From a virus (Duplodnaviria > Caudoviricetes): DNA of 24,789 nucleotides. The DNA lies in the IMG/VR virus record IMGVR_UViG_3300022179_000287, positions 1 to 24,789 of that record; one strand, given 5' to 3'. Below the pieces are notes generated by a model, which was given only the letters and a program-made list of their open reading frames with translations, made no database searches and was not told the origin of the DNA. The translations under genes were made by a program, and so were the position numbers. Shown piece by piece: positions 1 through 7,486 of the stretch (position 1 is its first letter; each line of letters starts with the position of its first letter).

Positions 1-2
1 CG

Positions 3-125
3 GATGAGGTGAAGGCTGCGATCGAAAAGGCAAAAGCAATGGGAGCCTTTGTTGACAGCGGAAACGAAAACGGAAACGGAAACGCTCTCGCGCGGATCTG
101 CGAGGTTTTTAATGGGATCCGCTAA
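3..125 (+). CDS. C-terminal fragment of an upstream gene (5'-truncated), possibly the ParB-like protein often found beside phage DNA-modification genes
   Basis: Open frame DEVKAAIEKAKAMGAFVDSGNENGNGNALARICEVFNGIR* ending at TAA 123-125 and overlapping the ATG at 112. The ParB-like assignment is from context and recollection only. Confidence 0.6.
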   Translation, partial: DEVKAAIEKAKAMGAFVDSGNENGNGNALARICEVFNGIR

Positions 126-870
126 GGACATTGTGATCAAGCCGATCACTTCTCAAGCCGCTACAAAGCTGGTGAAGGCGATCCACTACAGTGGAAAAGT
201 CGCTGCAAACTCCCAGCTTCACTTCGGGGTTTTTCTGCAAGATAAGCTCGAGGGCGCGATGCAGTTCGGTCCTTCGCTCGACAAAAGAAAAACGCAAGGA
301 CTTGTCGAGAGCACCGGCTGGAACGGATTTCTTGAGCTGAACCGCATGGCGTTTTCAGATGTGCTCCCAAAAAACAGCGAAAGTCGGGCGCTCGGAGTGG
401 CGATGCGACTTATCCGAAAACACTATCCTCACATCGAGTGGATTGTCAGCTTTTCCGACGGAACTCAGTGCGGGGACGGAACAATCTATCGCGCAAGCGG
501 ATTTGTCCTCACCGGCATCAAGAAGAATACTAGCATCTGGGAAGCGCCAAACGGGGACGTCTCAACGGATCTCAGCCTACGCCTCGCAGCAAAGGGAGGC
601 AGCTCTGGTGCGTCTTCGATGAAGCCCTTTAGAGAAGCTGGATACAAGCCGAAAGAGGGCTTTCAGCTTAGGTACGTCTATTTTCTAAATCCAGAAGCAC
701 GGCAGCGCCTCACCGTGCCAATCCTGCCGTTCAGCAAGATTGACGAGATGGGCGCTGGTATGTATCGTGGCAAAACGCGTGTGAAGCAGGCATCCACCGA
801 GGTCCACTCGGAAGGGCGACGGGGCGGCACCGATCCACACGCTCCAATCTCCGAGGGTCAGCCGTTGTGA
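112..870 (+). CDS. mom: Mom-family (GNAT-fold) DNA adenine-modification enzyme
   Basis: Motifs HYSGK, GAMQFG, LELNRM, PKNSESRAL, WIVSFSDGTQ, GTIYRASGF and a YVYFL C-terminal motif match the Mu Mom-like family. Start moved to ATG 112 (MGSAKDIVIK), which overlaps the upstream gene end. Confidence 0.82.
   Translation: MGSAKDIVIKPITSQAATKLVKAIHYSGKVAANSQLHFGVFLQDKLEGAMQFGPSLDKRKTQGLVESTGWNGFLELNRMAFSDVLPKNSESRALGVAMRLIRKHYPHIEWIVSFSDGTQCGDGTIYRASGFVLTGIKKNTSIWEAPNGDVSTDLSLRLAAKGGSSGASSMKPFREAGYKPKEGFQLRYVYFLNPEARQRLTVPILPFSKIDEMGAGMYRGKTRVKQASTEVHSEGRRGGTDPHAPISEGQPL
777..846 (+). ncRNA. tRNA-Gly-like RNA element embedded in the 3' end of the mom-like gene
   Basis: GCGTGTG (777-783) pairs perfectly with CACACGC (836-842), followed by T843 and CCA 844-846. 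Hairpin CCGAG/CTCGG (797-811) presents TCC (803-805) followed by A. T-arm-like GACGG (818-822)/CCG-a-TC (830-835) with a 7-nt loop. No D-arm. Confidence 0.72.
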
Positions 871-1184
871 AGCAGATGACCCATCCCGAGCTTTCTAAAC
901 TTGATCGCCAGCGTTTCGCCGATGCCCGGATCTATCCGGCCGTCCCACTTAGCGCAAAAGTCATCGACCTCGTTTCCAAACTCAATCGGGCTGTCGCACT
1001 TTTTATGGGTCACATCGCCTTCGGCAAACTCGACAATCTCGAAGGTCTCCGGGTTGCACCAGACCCCGAAGTAGGAGGCGTCTTGGTTGCTGTCGACCTG
1101 CGCCCAGCCTTTAAGGTAAGAGCAATCCCCGAAGTCGAGGTCATATCGGTCGGCGTCCGGCATGAAGCTAGTGGTGACGATCAT
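858..1184 (-). CDS. Hypothetical acidic phage protein, 108 aa
   Basis: ATG preceded by GAGGA on the - strand. Globular, aromatic/acidic composition (GWAQVDSNQDASYFGVWCNP). Converges on and overlaps the mom stop by 13 nt. Confidence 0.8.
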   Translation of the reverse strand: MIVTTSFMPDADRYDLDFGDCSYLKGWAQVDSNQDASYFGVWCNPETFEIVEFAEGDVTHKKCDSPIEFGNEVDDFCAKWDGRIDPGIGETLAIKFRKLGMGHLLHNG

Positions 1185-1196
1185 TTCTTATCCTCC

Positions 1197-1406
1197 TCAA
1201 GCGTTGGTGATGTGGGCGGTCATGCCCGCGCCGGTCACGGCGTAAACCATCGTGCGCCCGTCGCCGAAAGTCGCGGCGTGCCCGAGGGCTTCGTCGTAGG
1301 TGCCAAAGTCGGCCCGGATCCGGCTCGCGCCGCGTCCGCGAACGGCCGTGAAAGAAACCGCATCGCGCAGGCATTTTGCTTCGTAGTCGTTCAGCTTCGG
1401 GCTCAT
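1197..1406 (-). CDS. Hypothetical small phage protein, 69 aa
   Basis: Strong GGAGG RBS upstream of the ATG on the - strand. Lies 12 nt upstream of the next - strand gene, forming a two-gene operon. Confidence 0.75.
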   Translation of the reverse strand: MSPKLNDYEAKCLRDAVSFTAVRGRGASRIRADFGTYDEALGHAATFGDGRTMVYAVTGAGMTAHITNA

Positions 1407-1498
1407 CGTTTCCTCCGTGTTTCGCCTGTGTTGTGTCTACCGGACCCGTGGGTCTTGGGAAGCAAAAACGTCATGAAATGTCGCAAAATGAGGTCCGC
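1407..1498. promoter_or_regulatory. Divergent promoter region with palindromic operator-like site
   Basis: Non-coding gap between divergent genes, relatively AT-rich. Inverted repeat GACCC-GT-GGGTC at 1443-1454. Exact -35/-10 boxes could not be assigned. Confidence 0.45.
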
Positions 1499-1954
1499 AT
1501 GAAACCGCCTCGCAAGAAGACCGGACCGAAAGGCCCGTCAAAGCCGATGACCGAAAAAGAGCTGACCCAGCTCATTTCGATGATCCGGATCCACTGCACC
1601 CGCGACGAGATCTGCTCCATTTTGGGCATGTCCGACACCACGCTCAACCGCCGGATCGCCGAGCAAGGCATCCCCGGCGTCGAAAATTTTGAAGCCCTCT
1701 ATCAAAAGCACTGCGCTACCGGGAAGGCGTCCCTCCGCCGGATGCAGTGGAAGTCGGCCGAGGACGGCAACGTCACGGCGCAGATCTGGCTCGGCAAGCA
1801 GATGCTCGGGCAGACCGATCAGGTGAAGCAGCAAGTCGAATTGACTGCGCGCGTCGAGACGGTGGATTATACTAAGCTCTCAACAGAGGCCCTCCTCGAA
1901 CTTTCAAACGCGATGATAGATGCAGCTCCCGAGGATAACGACAGCGGATCGTGA
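1499..1954 (+). CDS. terS: Terminase small subunit
   Basis: HTH-like segment (CTRDEICSILGMSDTTLNRR) and GNVTAQIWLGKQMLGQTD motif typical of TerS. Directly upstream of TerL. ATG 1499 follows GAGGT; ATG 1478 is an alternative start. Confidence 0.85.
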   Translation: MKPPRKKTGPKGPSKPMTEKELTQLISMIRIHCTRDEICSILGMSDTTLNRRIAEQGIPGVENFEALYQKHCATGKASLRRMQWKSAEDGNVTAQIWLGKQMLGQTDQVKQQVELTARVETVDYTKLSTEALLELSNAMIDAAPEDNDSGS

Positions 1955-3386
1955 CCTGATCGACGCTGAGCTCTGCCGTCGGTCGGTGCTTCACTTTGCG
2001 CGGACCTTCTGGCCGGTGCTCGAGCCCGGGCGCATGCTCGTGACCGGCTGGCCGATCGAGGCGATCGCGGAGCACCTCGAGGCGGTCACTCGCGGCGAGA
2101 TCCGCAAGCTCCTGATCACCGTCCCGCCGGGCTCGATGAAGTCACTTATGACCCGCGCCTTCTGGCCGACGTGGAGCTGGATATCGAACCCGTCGCTTCG
2201 ATATATCGGCGCGTCCTATGCCGAGGCTCTGGCCGCGCGAGATAACCGCAGGGCGAAGATGATCGTCGAGAGCGACCGCTATCGCCGCCTCTTTCCGCAA
2301 GTGCAGCTCTCGAGCGATCAGGCGCAGAAGGTGAACTTCGCCAACACCGAGACCGGCTCGATGATGGCGACCTCGGTCAAGGGCCGAGCCACCGGGGAGC
2401 GCGGTGACGTTTTCGTGATCGACGATCCGCACAACGTCCTCGAGGCCGAGAGCGAAGCGATCCGGGGCGAGACGCTGCAATGGTTCCGCGAGGTCGTCCC
2501 GAGCCGGGTCAACGATCTCGATCGCAGCGCCTTTGTCTGCATCATGCAGCGCGTGCATCACGAGGACGTGGCCGCAGCGGCGATCGAGCAGGGCTATGAG
2601 CACCTCCTGATCCCGATGCACTATGACAGCACCCGGGCGCGCACGACCTCGATCGGCTGGACGGATCCGCGCCGGGACGAGGGCGAGCTGATGTGGCCGG
2701 AGCGGTTCTCGCAGAAGGCGGTCGACGATCTCGTCAAGACGCTCGGACCCTATGCCTCCTCGGCCCAGCTCGAGCAGCGACCGACGCCGCGCGAGGGCGG
2801 GCTTTTCAAGGCGGATCGGATCCAGAAGATCTCGGCCGTGCCGGACGAGGAGATCGTTTGGTGCCGGGCGTGGGACTTGGCCGCGACCGATGGAGGCGGC
2901 GCATATACCGCAGGCGTGCTCGTCGGGTGGCGTGTCGAGGCCCAGCGCGTGATTATCGCCGACGTTAAGCGCGCTCGACTTGGCCCGGAGGGCGTGCGAA
3001 AGCTGGTGGCGGATACCGCAGATTTCGACGGCGTCGCCGTGCCTCTCTCGATCCCGCAGGATCCGGGACAGGCTGGCAAGGCGCAGGCGCGGGACTTCAC
3101 GGTTCGCCTCGCAGGCTATCGCGTGCGGATCGAGCCGCAGAGCGGATCCAAGGAAACGCGCGCCGAACCGCTCGCCGCGCAGGTCGAAGCCGGGAACGTC
3201 GACATCGTCGAGGGAGATTGGAACCGAGACTTCATCGAGGAGCTTCGACATTTCCCCAGAGGCGTGTATAAGGATCAGGCAGACGCTGCGAGCTCGGGCT
3301 TTAATGCCGTCGCGCCGAAGCGGCAGAAGAAGTCCGGTCTGTTCGCGATCGGGGATCATGTGGGCAACAAGGCGAGGCCGGTCTGA
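1920..3386 (+). CDS. terL: Terminase large subunit
   Basis: ATPase motifs VPPGSMKS and VFVIDDPH, coupling motif IMQR, and C-terminal RNase H-like nuclease motifs RAWDLA and DQADA. Confidence 0.95.
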   Translation: MQLPRITTADRDLIDAELCRRSVLHFARTFWPVLEPGRMLVTGWPIEAIAEHLEAVTRGEIRKLLITVPPGSMKSLMTRAFWPTWSWISNPSLRYIGASYAEALAARDNRRAKMIVESDRYRRLFPQVQLSSDQAQKVNFANTETGSMMATSVKGRATGERGDVFVIDDPHNVLEAESEAIRGETLQWFREVVPSRVNDLDRSAFVCIMQRVHHEDVAAAAIEQGYEHLLIPMHYDSTRARTTSIGWTDPRRDEGELMWPERFSQKAVDDLVKTLGPYASSAQLEQRPTPREGGLFKADRIQKISAVPDEEIVWCRAWDLAATDGGGAYTAGVLVGWRVEAQRVIIADVKRARLGPEGVRKLVADTADFDGVAVPLSIPQDPGQAGKAQARDFTVRLAGYRVRIEPQSGSKETRAEPLAAQVEAGNVDIVEGDWNRDFIEELRHFPRGVYKDQADAASSGFNAVAPKRQKKSGLFAIGDHVGNKARPV

Positions 3387-4747
3387 TGGCAAAAGCACCA
3401 ACGAAGGCAACGGCGACGCGCGAGCTTGGAGCGGCCGGGAACTATGGGCGGGACGATCAGCTCCGCCCGGACGAGTTCCTGCCAAAGCTCCGAGGGCTAA
3501 ACGCGACCCGGACATTCCGCGAGATGAAGGACAACGACCCGATCATCGGGGCGATCCTTATGGCGTTCGAGATGCTCCTCCGGGCGGCAGAGTTCCGCGT
3601 CGATGCGGCGAACGACAGCCCGGAGGCCGAGGAGGCCAAGACCTTCGTCGAGCAATGCTTCGAGGACATGGAGGGCACGACGGACGATTTCCTCGCCGAG
3701 GTTCTCACGTTCCTGCCCTTCGGCTTCTCGGTCTTCGAGGTGGTCTATAAGATCCGGTCCGGCCGCAACACCGAGGATCCGGCGCGATACTCGCAGTTCA
3801 GCGACGGCCGCTATGGGATCCGCAAGCTCGCGCCGCGCGCCCAGTGGACGATCGACCGGTTCCTGACCGACGAGAACGGCACGATCACCGGCGTGCGCCA
3901 AAGCGCGCTCTCGCTCAAGCTCGGCTCGGTGGATATCCCGGCGTCGAAGATGCTGCACTTCCGCACCTCGACCGTGAACAACGATCCCAGCGGACGCTCG
4001 CTTCTCCGCAACGCCTTCACCTCCTACCACTACGCCTCGCACATCCAGATGATCGAGGCGATCGCAGTCGAGCGGGAGATGAACGGCATCCCGATCGGCA
4101 AGATCCCCTCGGAATACCTCGGCGAGGCCGCGACCTCGGCGCAGCAGGGCTTCACAAACGCCTTCAAGAAGATCCTCCGCGACGTCAAGTTCAACGATCA
4201 AGGCTTCGTGCTCATCCCGTCAGACGTTTACGAGAACGACGACGGGACCAAGACCTCGATCCCGATGGTCGAGTTTGACCTTATCAGCGCCAAGGGAACG
4301 CGCTCGATCCCGACCGGCGAGGTCATCCTCCGGCATCAAGAGAACATCGCCCGATCAGTTCTCGCCGACTTCCTGATGCTAGGCAGCGGCAAGACCGGAT
4401 CCTTCGCCCTTTCCAAGAGCAAGACGGACCTATTCTTGACGGCCGCAAGCGGGTTCACCGAGGCGATCGCCGCCGTGCTGAACCGGCAGCTCTTGCCTCG
4501 GCTCTGGGAGATCAACGGCTTTGACCCGGACCTCATGCCCAAGATCGGGTTTGGCGAGATCGCGCCGGTGGATCTGGCCGAGCTCGGCGCGTTCGTGCGC
4601 GACATCGCAGGCGCAGGGATGCAGATCTTCCCGGACGACGACACCGAGAACACGCTCCGGCGCGCCGCAGGCTTCCCAGAGAAGAGCATGGACCCGGATC
4701 TTCTCGGGTCAACAACCCAACCACTTGACGAGGGAGTTCCCGAATGA
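3386..4747 (+). CDS. Portal protein (DUF935-like)
   Basis: 453 aa immediately after TerL. Motifs FGFSVFEVVYK, PSGRSLLR, IAVEREMNGIP, GSFALSK. Confidence 0.9.
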   Translation: MAKAPTKATATRELGAAGNYGRDDQLRPDEFLPKLRGLNATRTFREMKDNDPIIGAILMAFEMLLRAAEFRVDAANDSPEAEEAKTFVEQCFEDMEGTTDDFLAEVLTFLPFGFSVFEVVYKIRSGRNTEDPARYSQFSDGRYGIRKLAPRAQWTIDRFLTDENGTITGVRQSALSLKLGSVDIPASKMLHFRTSTVNNDPSGRSLLRNAFTSYHYASHIQMIEAIAVEREMNGIPIGKIPSEYLGEAATSAQQGFTNAFKKILRDVKFNDQGFVLIPSDVYENDDGTKTSIPMVEFDLISAKGTRSIPTGEVILRHQENIARSVLADFLMLGSGKTGSFALSKSKTDLFLTAASGFTEAIAAVLNRQLLPRLWEINGFDPDLMPKIGFGEIAPVDLAELGAFVRDIAGAGMQIFPDDDTENTLRRAAGFPEKSMDPDLLGSTTQPLDEGVPE

Positions 4748-5127
4748 GGTTTCAAGTCTACCCGCGCGGCATCTGGATGACGCTCGATGACTTCACCGTG
4801 CAAGCGATCGAGACCTCGATGTCCGGCGCGACGATGATCGTGCACGCGCCGGGCTTGCAGTTCCCGGTCATGAACGGCGTCGAGTTCATCGAGAGCGACG
4901 CCTTCGCGCGTGACTTCGTTGAGATGAGCCCGCAGCGGTGGATCCGGACCTCCTCGATCAAGTCGATGCAGCGGTTCGGGGACGATTACATCCGGGTCGT
5001 GCTCGAGGACGTGCGGCAATTCTTCGACCTCTTCCCGGGGGACGCGACGCTCAAGCAGGTCTACAACGAGTTCCGGGCCAAGCTCCCCAAGGCTCCCTCG
5101 TTCCTCTCTCTGGACGTCGCCGCATGA
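4744..5127 (+). CDS. Hypothetical protein, 127 aa
   Basis: ATGA overlaps with both neighbours; codon usage matches the surrounding genes. Confidence 0.8.
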   Translation: MRFQVYPRGIWMTLDDFTVQAIETSMSGATMIVHAPGLQFPVMNGVEFIESDAFARDFVEMSPQRWIRTSSIKSMQRFGDDYIRVVLEDVRQFFDLFPGDATLKQVYNEFRAKLPKAPSFLSLDVAA

Positions 5128-7271
5128 ACGCCGCGATCCGCAAGATGACCGCCTCGGATGCGGTGGCCGTCTTCTTGCGGGCAGCGGAAGGCATGGATCC
5201 GAAGATCGCGCGGGCGTTCATCGCAGCGATCGAGCAGATCCGGACCCGCGTCCCGGCCGAGCAGATCGCCCGGATGATCGAGCGGCGCGACTTCGTCTCG
5301 CTCGAGAACGCCTTCTCCGGGCACTTTAGCTCGAGCGAATGGCAACCCTACGGCGCGGCGATCGAGCAGGCCGTCCTCGCAGGCGTGAAGGCCGCCAGCG
5401 ACACGCAAGGCGTCGTAAACGGCGCGCAGGAGGACTTCCAGATCGCGGTCGGGCTCAACCCGCGCCTCGAGCAGTTCGCTCTCACGCTCACCTCGACCCG
5501 GATCCGGGAGATCGACCAGACGACGCGCGACACGATCCGGCAGGTCTTGCAGCGCGGGCTCACGGCCGGGGACGACCCCTTCGCGATCGCCCGGCAGATC
5601 CGAGGCTCGATCGGGCTCACGCGCAGGCAGGAGGCGGCGGTCTCGAACTACGAGCGGATGCTGCGCGCCCTCGATCCCGAGGCGCTCGAGCGCAAGCTGC
5701 GCGACCGGCGCAGCGATGGATCCGTCGAGCGGGCGATCCGCAACGACAAGGCGCTCACCGAGGCGCAGATCCGGTCGCTGGTCGATCGGTATCGCGACCG
5801 TTATGTCAAATACAGGGCGAACGTCATCGCCCGGACCGAGAGCATCCGCGCCGTGCAGGGCGCGCAGTGGGAGCTCTTCCAAGACATGATAAACAAGGGC
5901 CAGATCGACGCTCGACAGGTCCGCCGGAACTGGATCCACACCGGCGACGCGCACGTCCGCAACGCGCACTTGCAGATCCCGAGCCTCAACGAGCGCGGCG
6001 TCGGGCAGGCCGAGCCCTTCACGAGCCCTCTCGGGCCGATCCTCTACCCGGGCGACCCCAGCGCGCTCGCGGCAAATACTATTCAATGCCGGTGCGCGGT
6101 CTTCGCGCGCATCATCTCTCGCGGCCTACTCCCGGACACCTCCCCGGGGGTCGTGGTCGCGCCGCCCCCGCCGCCGCCTCGGCCGGTCGCTGCTCGCCCA
6201 CTCCCGGCGATGACCGACGAAGAGCGGCGGCGGAGGGTCTGGGCGAACAAGAGCGTCGACGAGCGCCTCAACGTCGCGCCCGCCTTCATGCAGTCGGACG
6301 TCGACCGGCTTGCGGTCATCGAGAAGCTCGGAAACCTCACGGGCGGCGTGACCTTCGTCAAGTCGGGGGCGTGGCATGAGACGCGCACGCTGCGGATCGC
6401 GATGTCGAACCGCGACACCGCCTCGGCGGACTATCAAACGACGATGCGGCACGAATACGGGCACCATATCGACGCAGTGATCGACCGGCACCTTCTGGCA
6501 AAGAAGGGCATCCCGCAGGGCACGATCAATTCGCTCGGGGGCTACGCCTCCCGGCGCGCCCTCGCAGCGATTGCCGAGGACGGGGCGGATCTCGACAAGA
6601 CGCTGATCGAGACCGCGCCGAACAACTGGAAAGCAACGCCGACGCAGGGCTCTCCGGCGGCGAAGAACGCGGTCCTTGCGGAGCGCGAGAAGATCCTCAA
6701 CCGGCTCGGGCTCAACGACATTGAGGACGCGCCCGCAGCCTATGCCAAGCTCGAGGCCGAGTTCCAGAAGCGCGGGCTGACGCTGGCCGACGCGAAGAAG
6801 CTCGCGCCGGGGATTGCGTTCCTTCCGGGGATCCAGCCGCAGAAGGATTTCGACACGCTCCGGATCGTCGAGGAGGCGGTCAAGTTCCTCGTCGCCTACG
6901 ATCTGAAAGACCACTACACGCTGATGCGCGAGCTTGCGTCGCTCAAGCGCGGCGGCGCGCTGGGCGGGCTCTCGGACAGCATCGGGGCGTCGACCTTGCA
7001 ACAGATCGGCTACGCCTTCGGGCATACGACGAGCTATTACACCAAGTTCCGGACGTGGTCGAAGACCGCCAACGCCTACAAGATCCCGGGCGGTGATTTC
7101 GTGCACAAGCTCGGAAAGCGGCAATACGGGGTCGGGACATCCGCCCAGCTCTTCGCGAACTGGTTCGAGGCGTGGACAAGCGGCAACCCGACGCAATATG
7201 CGGTCTTCGTGCGGTTCTTCCCGCGCACGTCGAAGATCTTCGAGGAGCTGGTCGAGGAGGCGCTGCTATGA
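5124..7271 (+). CDS. MuF/SPP1 gp7-like minor head protein with C-terminal zincin-like (HExxH) extension
   Basis: MuF motifs RANVIARTES, WIHTGDAHVRNAH and YPGDP...NTIQCRC, then a poly-Pro linker (about 6162-6190) and HEYGHHID at 6450. Start reassigned to ATG 5124 (ATGA overlap). Confidence 0.88.
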   Translation: MNAAIRKMTASDAVAVFLRAAEGMDPKIARAFIAAIEQIRTRVPAEQIARMIERRDFVSLENAFSGHFSSSEWQPYGAAIEQAVLAGVKAASDTQGVVNGAQEDFQIAVGLNPRLEQFALTLTSTRIREIDQTTRDTIRQVLQRGLTAGDDPFAIARQIRGSIGLTRRQEAAVSNYERMLRALDPEALERKLRDRRSDGSVERAIRNDKALTEAQIRSLVDRYRDRYVKYRANVIARTESIRAVQGAQWELFQDMINKGQIDARQVRRNWIHTGDAHVRNAHLQIPSLNERGVGQAEPFTSPLGPILYPGDPSALAANTIQCRCAVFARIISRGLLPDTSPGVVVAPPPPPPRPVAARPLPAMTDEERRRRVWANKSVDERLNVAPAFMQSDVDRLAVIEKLGNLTGGVTFVKSGAWHETRTLRIAMSNRDTASADYQTTMRHEYGHHIDAVIDRHLLAKKGIPQGTINSLGGYASRRALAAIAEDGADLDKTLIETAPNNWKATPTQGSPAAKNAVLAEREKILNRLGLNDIEDAPAAYAKLEAEFQKRGLTLADAKKLAPGIAFLPGIQPQKDFDTLRIVEEAVKFLVAYDLKDHYTLMRELASLKRGGALGGLSDSIGASTLQQIGYAFGHTTSYYTKFRTWSKTANAYKIPGGDFVHKLGKRQYGVGTSAQLFANWFEAWTSGNPTQYAVFVRFFPRTSKIFEELVEEALL

Positions 7272-7486
7272 TGGACGACTTCACCCTACGGCTCCGCGCT
7301 GCGATGGAGCGATACACGACCAAGTTCCCGGGCGAGATGCCCGACATGCGCTCGATGGGCGACGCGGACTATTACGCGCTCCCGGCGCTGATGGATCGTG
7401 CTATTCTGCGCGGGAGCGCGCTCGTCGACGCGGACTTCATCGACGGCATATCGGGGCCGGAACCAGAGCTAGGGCGCGTGCTATGA
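7268..7486 (+). CDS. Small acidic protein, 72 aa; candidate immunity/partner of the MuF extension
   Basis: ATGA-coupled to the MuF stop and to the next gene. Position matches immunity genes of MuF toxin loci; function inferred. Confidence 0.65.
   Translation: MMDDFTLRLRAAMERYTTKFPGEMPDMRSMGDADYYALPALMDRAILRGSALVDADFIDGISGPEPELGRVL

Noticed and set aside
49-111. N-terminal extension of the mom ORF from TTG 49, and the GAAAC(G) short repeat at about 60-84
   Set aside because: This stretch is better explained as the upstream gene's frame (GNENGNGN). The repeat is simply coding sequence.
777-846. Canonical translational tRNA-Gly gene
   Set aside because: No D-arm, no U33, non-canonical T-loop and a bulged T-stem. 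Recorded as a tRNA-like ncRNA instead.
867-1502. 211-aa + strand ORF
   Set aside because: Antisense to two - strand genes with good RBSs and spans the divergent promoter gap.
2142-3515. Long - strand ORFs (2142-3515, 5061-6086, 6126-7196, 8949-9764, 10866-11822, 17107-18024 and others)
   Set aside because: Antisense shadows of well-supported + strand genes. High GC and the codon bias remove stop codons, and the products show no recognisable motifs.
4938-5123. Upstream extensions of ORFs 4938-7271, 6934-8301, 1376-1954, 9574-10482 and 23783-24502
   Set aside because: The extensions overlap real upstream genes in other frames. Coupled starts at 5124, 7483, 1499, 9643 and 24095 fit better.
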